From contig JAHRHZ010000266.1 in the NCBI GenBank assembly GCA_024137785.1, positions 124,001-188,000 on the forward strand: a stretch of DNA of 64,000 nt, read 5' to 3'. The notes below the pieces were generated by a model. It did not search any database. It saw only the letters and a program-made list of their open reading frames with translations, and was not told where the DNA came from. How positions within the stretch are numbered: the first letter of the stretch is position 1; each line of letters starts with the position of its first letter. The translations under genes and the position numbers were made by a program. Positions 40,101 through 53,613 of the stretch are shown here, piece by piece. The DNA is from Ginglymostoma cirratum. Its lineage: Eukaryota.

Positions 40101-43100
40101 CAAGTGGATAAGGTGGTCAAGAAGGCATTTGGCTTGCTTGCCTTTGGGACTTAGAGGTTCAAAACTGGCAAATCATGTTGCAGCTGTATCGAAAGTTAGT
40201 TTGGCCACATTTGGAATATTGCGGGCAGTTCTGGTTGCCACACTAACAGAAGGATATGAAGGCTTTGGAGAGGAGATAAAAAAGATTTAGCAGGTTTTTG
40301 CCTGGTTTGGAGGATATTTGCTATGAGAAAAGACTAGACACATTTGGTTTGTTTTCACTTGAATGTCGGAGGCTGAGGGGTGACCTGGTAGAAGTTTACA
40401 AAATTATGAGATGCATGGATAGAATGAATATTTGGAGTCTTTTTCCCAGGGTAGAAGAGCCAATTACTTGAGGACATACATTTAAGATAAGAAGGAGGAA
40501 GTTTAAAAGAAATGCAAGAGGATTTTTATTTAACAGAGGGTGGTAAGTGCTTGGAATGTGGTGGTGGTAGAGGCAGGTTCAATCGCAACATTTACGAGGC
40601 ATCTTGACAGATACATGAAGAGGCAGGGAATAGAGAATTGGACAGCAGGGGGGCGAAAGGTTGTTCGTTTAGAAAGGTGTCAGTATCAGCACAGGTTTGA
40701 TGGGCCAAAAGGCCTTTTCCTGTGCTCTACTTTCTTTGTTCCTGGTGCAGACTTCCCTCATACCTGATGTAAACTCACCTCACTCCTGGTGCAGACATCC
40801 CTCCCCTCATTCCTGATATCAGCCTCCCCTCACTCCAGGTTCAGGCCTTCCTTCATTCTTGGTGTAGCCTTCCCCTAATTCCTGATGTCTTTCTGCAATT
40901 ATATAGAGCCTTGGAGAGAACGCACCTGGAATGTGGTGAGCAGATCCGATTTCCACATCTGTGACAATATCTACTTGTTCCAGAGGGAGTGTAACAAAGA
41001 TTCACCAAACTAGTTTCTGGGATGGTATGATAGTCTATTTATTCCCTCATCAAAGGACAGAGACTTTATTCTCTGGAAATCAGAAGAACGAGTGGTGATC
41101 TCATTCAAACAAACCATATTCTTACAGAGATTGACAGTGTTGATATGCTGTCTTGAACCAGGGAACACATCCTCAATGAGGAATAGGCCCTTATGGACAG
41201 AGATGAAAGGAAATTTATCTCAAAGGAGGTGAATTTTGGAAATTCTCTACCCCAGAGAGCAGTGGAACCTTAATATTGAGTATGTTCACAATTGAGATCG
41301 ATAGATTTCTAGACATTAAAAACTTTGAGGGGTATGGGGATCGTGCAGGAAATTGGTGTTGAAATACAAAATCAAACATGATCCTATTGATTGGTGGAGC
41401 ATCTTGTTCCTAGGGGGGAAAGAACTGATACACATTCTCCTGACTCTCCTACTTACTGTGGCTGTGGAAATCTTCCCAAAGACACACTGTAGCTTTAAAC
41501 CTTCCGGTGGAACCTTTGACATGCCTTTGTTGTCAGAAAAATCCAAGTAAAATGTCAAGCACAACACCAGAAACTCTGTATTACATTTCTCAACCTGACC
41601 AAAGCAGATAACTCGGTAAAGAAACTCAGTCCAAGAAACTTCTTCCAAATCCAGCAAATCTGACCTTCTGGAACAGATGTCTTCAAGGATCAGGACCAGA
41701 GTGACATCCCCTGTGTGATAGTTCCATATGATCTTTAACCTACCAAACAGTGGCTGTGCCCTCTGATTTCGGGATTAAATACTGCATGGATAGAAAACTC
41801 TTTAACCTCAGTCTCATCCGTGCCAAAATAACATGACCACAACAAACAGACATGAGATACAGTATGCACTGAGAACTTCACTGTTGGTTTTGCATTCTGC
41901 ACCAGAATAGCAAACCACCCTTGACCTCTTCAAACTTGCAAAAAGAGACTTGGCCACTGCTTGAGTGTTGCCAAAACAAAACTCAAATCACCCATCAGTT
42001 AAATATTCTACCTTACATATATATTAAGACTCCAGTATATATTTAGCAGTCACGATAGTTGGGAGGCACCTCCCTCAAAAAGGTGCCCAGGGGTGAGATC
42101 ACCGGGTCTGCCCATCACTGCAAGTCTGAGTCTAGCCCATAGGTGACTGAGACAGCACTCTGTTTCTCAATGTCCACTCCAGAAGTGATCCAACACTGGA
42201 TCAGCTGAGACAGCTCACCTTTTTAGAAACAATGGCTATGATTGTATGACAACATAGGCTCTCCACAAGTCAGCAAAAAGTTCTTTTTTTCATCACCAGA
42301 CCATGTAAATGTTGGTAGACCCACAATGCCATATGGGATGGAATTGCAGGATTGTGACCCAGAGACAGTGAAGGAACAATGATATATTTCCAAGTCAGGA
42401 TGGTGCATGACTTGGAGGGGAAATTGTAGGCGGTGGTGATCCCATGTATCTGTAGTAGTAAACAGGAATGCAGTTGACTTCATTGTCATGGTTAGGACAC
42501 TAAACAACATTTAGACACTTTCCCTGTTCCTCCAAAAAGACAAACTTCAGAAGCTTTTATTTCTTTATTTTTGAAACATTTCATTGCTTCTGTGTGTTTG
42601 GGACTTCTTCAACTCAAAAGCCACATGTCACAGCTTGTGAATCTTTGGTCATCTGCAGGGTGCTTTATAATGTTTAAATTTGCAATCACCTTGTTAAATA
42701 TAAATCATTTGAGGCTCAGAGCTTATCAATAAGCTGTTCCAGTCACTGACAGGTACAGGTCACAGTTAATTGTCTTGTATCACACATGCCTCTTGTGGAA
42801 TGTCACTCCCATGTGGCAGCAAATTAGGTAATATCTGCTTCCTGTTTGGTCGTATCATGCATGATAAGAGGCGGTCACTTAGCCCACTGTGCCTGTGTCA
42901 CCCATTGAAACAGCAAATGAAATTAGTCACACTCCCCGTGTTCTTTCCTGATTCTGTGCACTGACTCTGTCATGTGACCTCCGGTTCGTCTGACCTGAAG
43001 CCAATCACTTTTATCTGTGTACATTTACTAACTGACTGTCCTGCCACTGGAAACAGTTTCTCATGACTTACTTTATAAAGATTCTTCTTGATAAGGCACA

Positions 43101-43193
43101 GCTCAATCAAATCTCACCTTCATCTTCTCTAGTCTAAAAACACCATTTCCCCTGAAGATCTGATGTCTTTCTTTTCTGGAACCATTCAAGTTA
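37124..43193. repeat. Segmental duplication, copy B
   Basis: Same orientation as 1-8554, offset ~35-37 kb; differs by copy-specific insertions and deletions. Confidence 0.95.
37210..37263 (-). CDS. Gene B cytoplasmic exon 5 with tyrosine motif CTYANI, (P)RPDSCTYANIVFDSNRK(V)
   Basis: Acceptor gtttgtattacag, donor AAG|gtaacc; 54 nt, phase 1-1; splice sites conserved in the paralogous copy at 87-139. Confidence 0.85.
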
Positions 43194-44049
43194 ATCTTTT
43201 TTTTCACAGAAGTGTCCTCCCTAAAGTGTAGTGCACAGAATTGGTCATGTTTCTCCAGCTGAGCTCAAACTAATGTTTTAGACATGTTCAGCCTTGCTTT
43301 TCTACTCTATGCCCTAATCAATAAAAACAAACATTCCTTTTGCTTTTTTTAATGCATTTCAACTAAACATCCAAGCTTCAAACACTTGTCAATATGCATT
43401 CCCACCACCTTGCTGTACCTGTAACCATGATAAGATCGTACCATTTATCACCCCTCTCTTCATTCTTCCCACCATTATATATCCCTTCACTTTTCCCAGT
43501 ATTAATTTTCATTTGTCTGGCTATTTCACCAGCCTATAAGCTCCAGAGACTGGTGGAACCGTCAGTACATTTTGACATTTGTGTCATCTGCACATATTGA
43601 AATTATGTCCTGTATCCCTGAGTGTAACTCATTCACATAGATGAAGAAGAGAATTATATCAACAGCACTGCATACTTCCTTCCAGTCTGAAATACAACCG
43701 CATGCCACAGCTGTCTTCTTTCTGACCTAAAGCCAACATCAAAACCCAACAATCACTATCTTTGAAACTCATTAGGTTCAATTTAAAGAAGATACATACA
43801 GATTACTTAGCAGCAGGAGCAAGTCACACACCCATCACAGTTTTATTGACAATTCATTAAGATCATGACTGATCTGGTTTTGGCTCAGTTCCACTCCCCT
43901 TGCTTTTCCCCACAGCCTTCAATAATGGCAAATGTTGGTGGTCAGACTGTATGTATTGGCACAGAGGCTGCAGAATTGATAGGTATTGGTGGGAGGAGAA
44001 TAGGGTCATTAGTTCACACAAGCAGCTGCAAGCATTTCATCCTTTGTGT

Positions 44050-46250
44050 TTTGAATCCACCCAGGATCACAGGTCTCTCCGTGATGTACTATACCCCTCA
44101 GACAGCTGTTATCGCCACATCCTGAGATCCACACTCAGTGCCATGTGCAGTCATATGCACACCTGTGACATCTCTCCCCATCAGCACTGCCTCACACTGA
44201 TTCAGAGCTGTCCTAACCCAACCCCAATTCCACTTCAACATTCTAAAAGGGAACATTTTCTCTTTCTTACAGGCATGAAGCAACACAAGCTGTAACAACT
44301 CAGAGGTACACACCTCTCTGGAACCTTCCCTCCCTTTCCTTCCCACTTGTCTCCACCCATTCTCCTATCTCCACTTCTTGTCGGGCGTTCACTGACTTTC
44401 CACTCTCAGATACTGAACATTCTGTACTCAGCAAAAGTCTTAGTTTTAAACACTCTGCAACCCTATCTATGTTCTGTCTACAAGAAATTACGCCAAGCAT
44501 CCTGTTGCCTGCCACTTTAACATACCACACTGTTCCCTGGCCAATATTTCTATCTCCGGCTTGCTGCAGCACTCCAGTGAGGCTCAGCACAAGCTGGAAG
44601 AACAGCATCTCATTTTCCACTCAGGGACCCTACAGCTTTCAGGCCTCAACATTGAGTTCTGAATAATTTTAGAGCCTGAACACCTCATTCCATGTCCTTT
44701 ATCCATTACCACACCCCAGACCCTGTCATGACATGAGATAGTAGGAACTGCAGATGTTGGAGAATCTGAGATACCAAGGTGTAGAGCTGGATGAACGCAG
44801 CAGGCCAAGCAGCATCAGAGGAGCACGAAGGCTGATGTTTCTGGCCTCGACCCTTCTTCAGAAATGGGGGAGGGGAAGGGACTTCTGAAATAAATAGGGA
44901 GAGAGGGGGAGGCGGATAGAAGATGGATAGAGGAGAAGACAGGTGGAGAGGAATCAGACATGTCAAAGAGGCAGGGATGGAGCCAGCAAAGGTGAGTGTA
45001 GGTGGGGAGTTAGGGAGGAGATAGGTCAGTCCAGGGAGGAAGGACAGGTCAAGGGGGCGGGATGAGGTTAGTAGGTAGGAGATGGCGGTGGGGCTTGAGG
45101 TGGGAGGAGGGGATAGGTGGGAGGAAGGACAGGTTAGGTGGGAGGAGGGGACAAGCTGGGCTGGTTTTGGGATATGGTAGGGGGAGGGGAGATTTTGAAG
45201 CTTGTGAAATCCACATTGATACCATTGGGCTGCAGGGTTCCCAAGCGGAATATGAGGTGCTGTTCCTGCAACCTCCGGGTAGCATCGTTGTGGAACTGCA
45301 GGGGGCCCAGGGTGGACATGTCGTCTGAGGAATGGGAGGGGGAGTTGAAATGGTTTGCGACTAGGAGGTGCAGTTGTTTAGTGCGGACCGAGCGTAGGTG
45401 TTCTGCAAAGCGGTCCCGAAGCCTCCGCTTGGTTTCCCAGATGTAGAGGAGGCCCCAACGGGAACAACGGATACAGTATACCCCTTTACCAGATGTGCAG
45501 GTGAACATCTGCTTGATGTGGAAAGTCTTCTTGGGGCCTGGGATGGGGGTGAGGGGGGACGTGTAGGGGCAGGTGTAGCACTTCCTGCGGTTGCAGGGAA
45601 AAGTGCTGGATGTGGTGGGGCTGGAGGGGAGTGTGGAGCGGACAAGGGAGTCCCAGACAGAGTGGTCCCTCTGGAAAGCAGATAAGGGTGGGGAGGGAAA
45701 AATGTCTTCCTCCCTGGACTGACCTATCTCCTCCCTACCTCCCCACCTACACTCACCTTTACTGGCTCCATCTCCGCCTCTTTGACCTGTCTCCTCTCTA
45801 CCTATCTTCTCCTCTATCCATCTTCTATCCGCCTCCCGCTCTCTCCCTATTTATTTCAGAACGCCCTTCCCCTCCCCCATTTCTGAAGAAGGGTCTAGGC
45901 CCGAAACGTCAGTCTTCCTGCTCCTCTGATGCTGCTTGGCCTGCTGTGTTCATCCAGCTGTACACCTTGGTATCCCTGTCATGACATGACCATTTTCACT
46001 GACTTATTGTCCTCATTATCAGTGTTTCTTTTTCCAATGGTATACTATTGTCCAGCTCTTTGACCACCTAATTTTCGTTCTCTGTCCCTGGGCTCTATCT
46101 CGTTTTTATTCCATCTATCAGCTCACTCCTCTTCCATCCCCCACCCATGTCTTCAGCATATATACCACCTTTCCCCACCTGCAAACAGTTCTGAAGAAGA
46201 GACTTTGGATTTGAAATGTTACCTCTGCTTTCTCTCCACAGATGCTGGGA
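44050..46250 (+). mobile_element. Old Penelope-like element 3' part, host to a younger PLE
   Basis: KLEEQHLIFHSGTLQLSGLNIEF at ~44590-44660; pLTR resumes at 45990 and ends in ctgaaga...gaaatgtt. Confidence 0.6.
44737..45973 (-). mobile_element. Truncated Penelope-like element (family 2), GIY-YIG part with inverted pLTR
   Basis: ORF 45134-45508 closely similar to the C-terminus of 26643-28046; TSD ccctgtcatgacatga (44721-44736, 45974-45989). Confidence 0.95.
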
Positions 46251-46699
46251 GACATAGAACGTAGAACATAGAACATAGAACAGTACATCACAGTACAGGC
46301 CCTTTGGCCCACGATGTTGTGCCAAACTTTTATCCTAAACCTAAGGTCTATCTAACCTCCACTGCTACCTTATACAATCATCAGACCTGCTGAGTTTCTC
46401 CAGCAATTTCTATTAATTTATTGAAAGGTTTCCAGAACAAGAGAAGGCTTTTCAGACCATTATGTATGTGCTGATTGATAAAGAGCTCTTCAGATCAACC
46501 CACCTTCCAGCTCCTGGCCCATATCCCTGAATGTTCTAGTTCTTCAAGTGCTTATCCAAGTGAGTTTTAAATGTGATGAAGGTTTCTGCCTCTAACACCC
46601 TTTCTGTGACTTCCACAAACCCAGAATTCTCTGAGAGATAGATTTACTCCTCAACTCCATTCCAGTCCTTCCACCAAATACTGCAAGCTCTTGCTGCCT

Positions 46700-47660
46700 G
46701 GTTATTGAGTTCTCTCAAAGCAAAATACAGAATGTAGAACAGTATGGTCAAGAACAAGTCCTTCAGTCCACCATGTCTGTGCCAACCATGATGCCATTTT
46801 AAACTAATCCCATCTGCCTGCACAAGGTCCATTCAACTCTGTTCCTGCTGTTCATGTGCCTCTCTAAATGACTATTAAATGTTGCTAACTAATCTGTTTC
46901 AACCACCTCCCTTGGCAACGCATTCCAAATGCTAACCACCCTCTGTATAAAAAACTATCCATTCACATCTCCATCAAACATTTCCCCTGTCACCTTAAAC
47001 CTCTACCACATGGTATTTGACATCTCCGTGCTGTGAAAAAACTCCAACTATTCACCCTATCCATGCCACTCATAATTTTATTGACTTCTATCAGGTCACT
47101 GCTCATCCCCAACGCTGTTGTGAAAACAATCCAAGTTTGTCCAACCTCTCCTTATAGCTACTACATTCCAGTCCAGGTAACAATCTGGTAAACCTCTTCT
47201 ACATCCTTGTTTTGTGCACAAGTACCCCTAAGTCCCCCTGTTTTGCTGCTTTCATTGCTTTTTTTCTCCAGATGTGCTGATTTTCTCCAGCATTTGCCGT
47301 TTGTTTCTCAATCATGTCACGTACATACAAGTCTAAACCATTGATATAACCTGAACAGTAAGGGAACTAGTACTGAGCAATATGGGACCTCACTAGGAAT
47401 AGCGTCCCAGTCACAAAACCACCCTCTAACTCGAAACCCTCCTTCCTGCTTTGGATCACACTTGCCACTTTCCTCTGGATCTCATGAGCTTTTGATTTTG
47501 TGACCAGTGTACCATGCAGAATCTTCCCAAAGAGCTTGCTAACAACCATGTTGATGGACAATGTGTAACACCCAATCAAGCATCCTTCATCACTCCTTAA
47601 AAAAACATCAATCCAGCTTGTCAGATATGGCCGTCCTTTAACAAATCCATACCAAGGGAA
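46700..47660 (-). mobile_element. Degenerate CR1 fragments
   Basis: YGFVKGRPYLT remnant and CR1 3' UTR. Confidence 0.7.
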
Positions 47661-47921
47661 TGGCACTGGTTGGGGCTCACATCATGTAGCAGCTCGTCAG
47701 GGGAGAATTTATGGTCTCTTAAAACTGAACTGGGAGTTCTTATTTGGGATGAATCCCTGACGGTGGGGGAAGCACACATCATTGAACAGTTTCCCAGTGC
47801 AGCAGTAAACACCCTACTCAGGAAACCAGGCCCACGATGAAATTAGCTCATAAAGATTTGGTGGAATGGGAGTGATCTCAAACTCTATATTTTCTCAATA
47901 CAAAAGCAAACGTCGACTCAC

Positions 47922-47957
47922 GGTCTTCTGAAGCACTGATTGTGAATATCTTGTCAC
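47922..47957 (-). CDS. Gene B cytoplasmic exon 4, (G)DKIFTISASED(P)
   Basis: Acceptor tttgtctttgttaaag, donor C|gtgagt; 36 nt, phase 1-1; 93-bp intron from the previous exon; resembles exon 37080-37121. Confidence 0.75.
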
Positions 47958-48050
47958 CTTTAACAAAGACAAAAAGATCTGTTGGTTCAATGATAGAATC
48001 TGAATATCAATTAGGCAGCAGCTCAGAACCATTAAGGTGAAGCCATTTAC

Positions 48051-48098
48051 CTGTTCTGTTGCTGTCAATCTCGGCATAGAAGCTGGAACCGTCCTGAT
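48051..48098 (-). CDS. Gene B cytoplasmic exon 3 with ITIM-like SFYAEI, (D)QDGSSFYAEIDSNRT(G)
   Basis: Acceptor tttctgttacag, donor CAG|gtaaat; 48 nt, phase 1-1; similar to exon 37210-37263 (Y-A-x-I ... DSNR). Confidence 0.85.
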
Positions 48099-51000
48099 CT
48101 GTAACAGAAACTGGAATGATAAGGGGACATTCATCAGCAGGTCTGTCCTTAGATATCAGCAATGGCTCAGTGGGCACCTCATACTACTCTGAGCTAGAAG
48201 GTTGTGGGTTCAAACTCCATTCCAAATGCTACAACATTAAATATAAGCTGAGACTTTGGAGCAGGTCCATTGGAGATGTTAAAGGTAAGTGTAGCCTGCC
48301 TTCTTAGGTAGATGTGAAAAATTCCACACGTATTACTTCAAAGGGGAATAGAGGAGTTCTCTATTGTATCCTTGTCACTCATCCCTCAACCCAGGTCATT
48401 GTGTCCTCACCAACACACATCCCTCAGTGTACATCACTAAAATACACATGTTAACTGAATGAATGCATTGCTGTTTGTGGGACCTTGTTGTGCACAAATT
48501 TGTTTTTGCATTTCTACCTCATAAGGAAGGAAAGAACTTGCATTTATATGGCATCTTTCATGACCTCATGACATCCAAAAGTTCCTAATGGTCACTGATT
48601 TCCTTTTATTTATTTGTAGTGACTGTTGGGAAATCCCCATTTTACAGGAACAGTATAAGATAGCACAGAGATGAGCTTTGTTTAACACTGCAGCCCCTCC
48701 CCATGCACTATCCGAACCAGCTACCGCCAGTAATTTGAGGTGGCTGACACTGAAATGGAGCCTCGTTCTGGATCCAAACTCAGCATGCAGATAGAACGTA
48801 AATCATAACAGAGACAGAAGACAGAATCCAAGCCAGTAATTTGGCATAGGGAGCCAGCCTCCATAGCAACATCAGATTCAGGAGTAGGATTAGGCCATTC
48901 AGTCCTTCATGCCTGCTACACCATTCAATTAGATCATGGCAATTCTAGTCTACCCCACAAGGGGAAACATCACCTCACCCTCTGTTTAATCAAGTACCCC
49001 CCAGGATCTTATGTGTTTCAAGAGAACGGTGTCAACTCAACCTTCCTGAGTCCCATAGCCATTGATTTTATTATCCATCAAAGATCTATCTGACTGTACC
49101 TTGGATGGATTCAATGACTCAGTCTCATTGATTTCTCGAAATCACAGACTTGTTACACTGCAGAAGGAAGCCATTTGATCCATCTTTTCTGAACCAGGTC
49201 TTCAAGTGAGTATCATTACTTAGGGCCAATCTCCTGCCTTTTCTCTGTATCCCCTTGCACACCATTTCCATCCAAAATAATCATCCAATGAGCCTCTTGA
49301 ATGCCTCAATTGACCCTGCCTGCACATTTACAGACATTAGCTATTCACTGGGTGAACAATCTATTCCCACATTGCCCTTTCTCCATTCGCACGCCACTTT
49401 AAACCTATGCCCTCTCATTCTTCTTCCTTTTTGAAGAGGCAGTAGATTCTCCCTATCTGTCTGTCTAGCCACTTACAATTTTGGACACCACTGTCTGACA
49501 AACAGAATTCCACAGATAAATGTCAAAAGTCAGGCAGAACATTTTTTTTCCAAGGCGAGATCTTATCCTGAAACTATTTTCCCTATTTCTAGGTCACAAG
49601 GGGAAACATTGCCTCACCCTCTGCTCAGTCAAGTACCCCCTGGGATCTTACATGTTTCAATAGAATTGTCTCTCATTCTTCAAACTTCCAGTTGGTACTG
49701 GCCCTGTCTGTCCAACCTTTCCTCATTTTTATGTTCATTTGTGTAATGTGGTGTCACTGACTAGCTAGCATTTATTGCCTGTCCCTAGTTGCCCTGAGAA
49801 GGTGATGGTGAGCCTCTTCTTGAACTGCTGCAGTCCACCTGCTGTGGGTTGACCCACAATGCCAATGCTAGTGCCAGTCAAGTGGGCTGCTTTGTCCTGG
49901 ATAGCGTCAAGCTTCGTGAATGTTGTTAGAGCTGCAAGCAGCCAGACAAGTGGGGAGTATTCCATCACACTACTGACTTGCGCCTTGTCGATGATGAACA
50001 GGTTTTGGGGAGTCAGGAGGTGAGTTAGTCGCCGCAATATTCCTAGCTTCTGACCTGCTCATGTAGCCACTGTGTTTATGTGGTGAGTCGAGTTGAGTTT
50101 CTGGTCAATGGTAACCCCACTGACACCAAGATGTTGAAAGCGGGTGCTTTAGTGATGGTATCACCATTGATTGTTAAGGAGCAGTGATAGCATTGGCTAA
50201 TGCCAAAGGGTATTACCCAATAGGGTAATGCCTATCCCAAATGAGCCCAGTCAACTTTTTTCTGAATGGCCTCTTTTGCGTTTATACTCTTTTTTCAAAG
50301 AAAGAGTGTGTAGTGTACACAGTACTGCAGCTGTGGTCTCACCAAGGCCCTGTACTGCTACAGTAAATCCTTCCTTCTTTTATATTCCATGGTCCTTGCA
50401 ATAAGCACTAACCTTGCGACTCATATACCTAGATTCCTCTGAACCTCCCATCTCTGCAATATTTCTCCATTTAAATAGGACACTGCTTTTTGATTCCTTC
50501 TGCCAAGGTGGACAACATCATATTTTCTCACATTGTACTAAATCCACCAAATTTTTACCCACTCACTTAAACTGCCAATATCATTCACGGACACACTAAC
50601 TACTCCCAACAACTTACGTTCCTGCATACGTTGGTGTCATTGTAAAAGTGTAGTGACCATTCCATTCATCTGGCCCATGAATTAATTGTCATTGATAAAG
50701 ATTGTAAAATGTTGAGGTCCAAGGGCTAATCTCTGTAGTAGTCCACTTGTGACAAATGTACATCCCATCTACTGGTTTCTCTTTATCCATTTTGATTATT
50801 ACTTCCTCAAAAACACTCATAAATTAGTTAAACACTATTACTGTTGATCCGATGTTGAGATATCCTACTATCACACAGGTGCAGCATCACAGATTTGTTA
50901 TGCAGCAGAAGAAAGCCATTCGACCTGCCTTGTCAAATGTCTCTTTGAATATGTTGACTAGTGCTAACTCCCTTTTCCTAATAATCCTAGATATTGTTTC

Positions 51001-51657
51001 CACTTTGTCATCCAATGCCCTCTTGAATGCTTCAATTGAACCTGCTTCCACCACACTCCCAGGCAATGTGTTCCACAAACAAATTACGTGTTGAGTGAAA
51101 ATGTTTTTCTCTCACCTCGCATTGGCTTCTTTTGCAAAGCACTTTAAAATGGTGCCTTTTTTTCCTCAAATTTATAGGTCAATTAATCTGTGTCTTTGGC
51201 TTCCCATCATTCTTTAAGAAATGTTTTACGTTTGCTATTTCCCAATCTGTTGGACTCTTTCAGAAGAAATGCTGGGAGATCCCATTCAATGCATCTACGC
51301 TCTCAGCAACCACTTCTTTTAATGCCCAGGTTTCAGGTGATCTGGACTTGTCCGTCTTAAGGTCTCATACTTTACCTAGTTTTTTCTCCACTGATGGTGA
51401 TTCTTTGTTTTAGTTCTTTCCTCTTTTGTATTCCGAACTATTTGTCAGGCCAGCTACTCTCTATGGAAGCCCACTGCTTTTCATTCTGATACTTTCAATG
51501 ATTTGAAACTGTGCAATCACTTCATCACTTGGGCAGTGAAAGTGAAACTCTGCCTCTGAATATCTGTCCAGGATTCCCACTGTGTTGATGCTTCACACTC
51601 TCTCTGTTACAGTGTCCGAAACGAACATTGATTGGTCAGTTAGAGTACAGTCAGTAC

Positions 51658-51719
51658 CTGGAGCAGATGGCTGTTGGGCCTGATCAGTCCTGGGAATGCT
51701 GGACAAATCTGGGTCATTC
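51658..51719 (-). CDS. Gene B cytoplasmic exon 2, (R)NDPDLSSIPRTDQAQQPSAP(D)
   Basis: Acceptor gtgtgtttttcag, donor CAG|gtactg; 62 nt, phase 2-1, exactly restoring the frame after the 40-nt exon. Confidence 0.75.
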
Positions 51720-52399
51720 CTGAAAAACACACAAGGAACATTAATGTTTTGAGGAAATTAATTGCATTCTCCCAGGTCATAGTAAGGAGCATTCTGTCTG
51801 CACATCGATCTCTTGGTCTGGTTACACAGAGGCCAGATTCCAAAAGGTGATATACACAGTTAATCCATTGAACCTTGTTAGAAATCACAGATGTTCGGAT
51901 TTAGACACAATCAGAAATGTTATCCTTGAATATGTCATCACGAGAAACAGTCTTCCCTTGGCACCAGAATGTGGCTGGCACCCATGGAATCCAAGGTGTA
52001 GTCAGCAGCCGTAACACAGGGAGCGCTGCAGAAACTGTCAGGAATCACAGTGACTGATGATTCCAGGAAGGTCTGGCTCAGCTTTAAGCAACTAGTTACA
52101 GCGCAAGGAGGGAGATGATTGGAGATGAGAGAAAAATCCCGGCAGGGGCTTCTCATCTGCTATAATTTTGGAAGAAGTTAGAGGGCTTGGAAATCTTGGA
52201 AGGTGGAGCAGTCAACACTCACTGCAAGTGGTAAAATGTTGATCTTTCTCTCCATAAAGCATTTATTGCAAATCGAAGGTTTAAAAATGTGCAACAATTT
52301 CTGTTTTACCTGAGGGTGATTTCCAGGTTAATTTGGAGATAGGAGATCTCAAATGAATCTGAAGCTCGAAATTTACAAGCAGATGGCATTTGGCAAACA

Positions 52400-53490
52400 G
52401 TTATAGAAACAGAGAAGCTAGGAACAGGTGTAGGTCATTCGGCCCTTTGAGACTGCTACACAATCCAATATGATCATGGCTGATCATCTATAACAATGCC
52501 AAATTCCCTCTTTCTTTTTTCCCAATACCCCTAGATGCCTTTTAAACCTAAAAAGGTATCTATCTTGTTCTTGAATATATTAGTGACTTGGCCTCCACAG
52601 CCTTCTGTAGTACAGAATTCCACACATTCACTGCAGTTCGAATGATGAAATTTGTCTTCATCTCAGTCCTAAAAGGTCTACCCCATATTGCGAAACTGTG
52701 TCCCCAGTCTAGATTCTGCAGCCTGGGGAAGCATTGTCTCTGCATCTAGTCTGTGCAGGCCTGGTCAAATTTTATATGTTTCAATCAGATCCCCTCTCAT
52801 CCTACTAAACCATCGAGAAAACAGGCCCAGTTGAACCAATCTCTCCACATAAAACAGTCCTGCCATCCCCTGTATCAGTCCAGAACTCTGCATTTCTTCT
52901 GTGGCAATCACATCCATTTTTAGGGAGAGAGGCCAAAACTGCACATAATACTCCATGATGGCTCAGCAGTTAGCACTGCTGCCTCACAACACCAGGGACC
53001 TGCATTCAATTCCAGCCATGGGTAACTGTCTTTTGTGGAGTTTGCACACTTTTCCTGTGTCAGCGTGGGTTTCTTCCCACAGTCCAAAGATGTTCAGGTG
53101 AGGTAGATTGGCTATGTTAAATTGCCCATAGTGCTTAGGATGGGAAATGCAGGGATATGGTAGGGGGTAGGGATACTGTTTGGAGGGACAGTGTGGACTC
53201 GATGGGCTGAATGACCTGCTTCCACACTGTAGGGAATCTATGAACCTATTCAGTTGCAGTCTCACTAAGGCCCTATATAACTGCAGTAAGACATCCCTAC
53301 TTCTGAACTCAAATCATCTTGCAATGATATCATTCGCCATCCTAATTGTTTCATCTGCCTGTCTACTTTCGTTGACTGGTGTACAAGGACAACCAGATCC
53401 ATTTGTACATTAACACTTCCCAATATATCACCATTTAAATTATACCCTGCCTTTCTGTTTTTCACAAAGTGTATAACTGCATGTGTAGCC
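52400..53490 (-). mobile_element. CR1 3' fragment interrupted by a V-SINE
   Basis: EYYVQFWP, MRGDLIETYKI, PFRTEMKTNF. Confidence 0.8.
52957..53245 (+). mobile_element. tRNA-derived V-SINE (HE1-like)
   Basis: ggctcagcagttagcactgctgcctcac head; V-domain gtggagtttgcac...gcgtgggtttc...cccacagtccaaagatg; CR1-like tail. Confidence 0.75.
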
Positions 53491-53613
53491 ATCAACCACT
53501 CGAATGTCAACCTGTCATTTCCCTCTTCATCTGTCCAGATCACTTTCCCACACTGAGTGTTCAAGCAGCTTCTTAAAAGGACAAACCACATTAAGCAGCT
53601 CATCACCAGGGGG

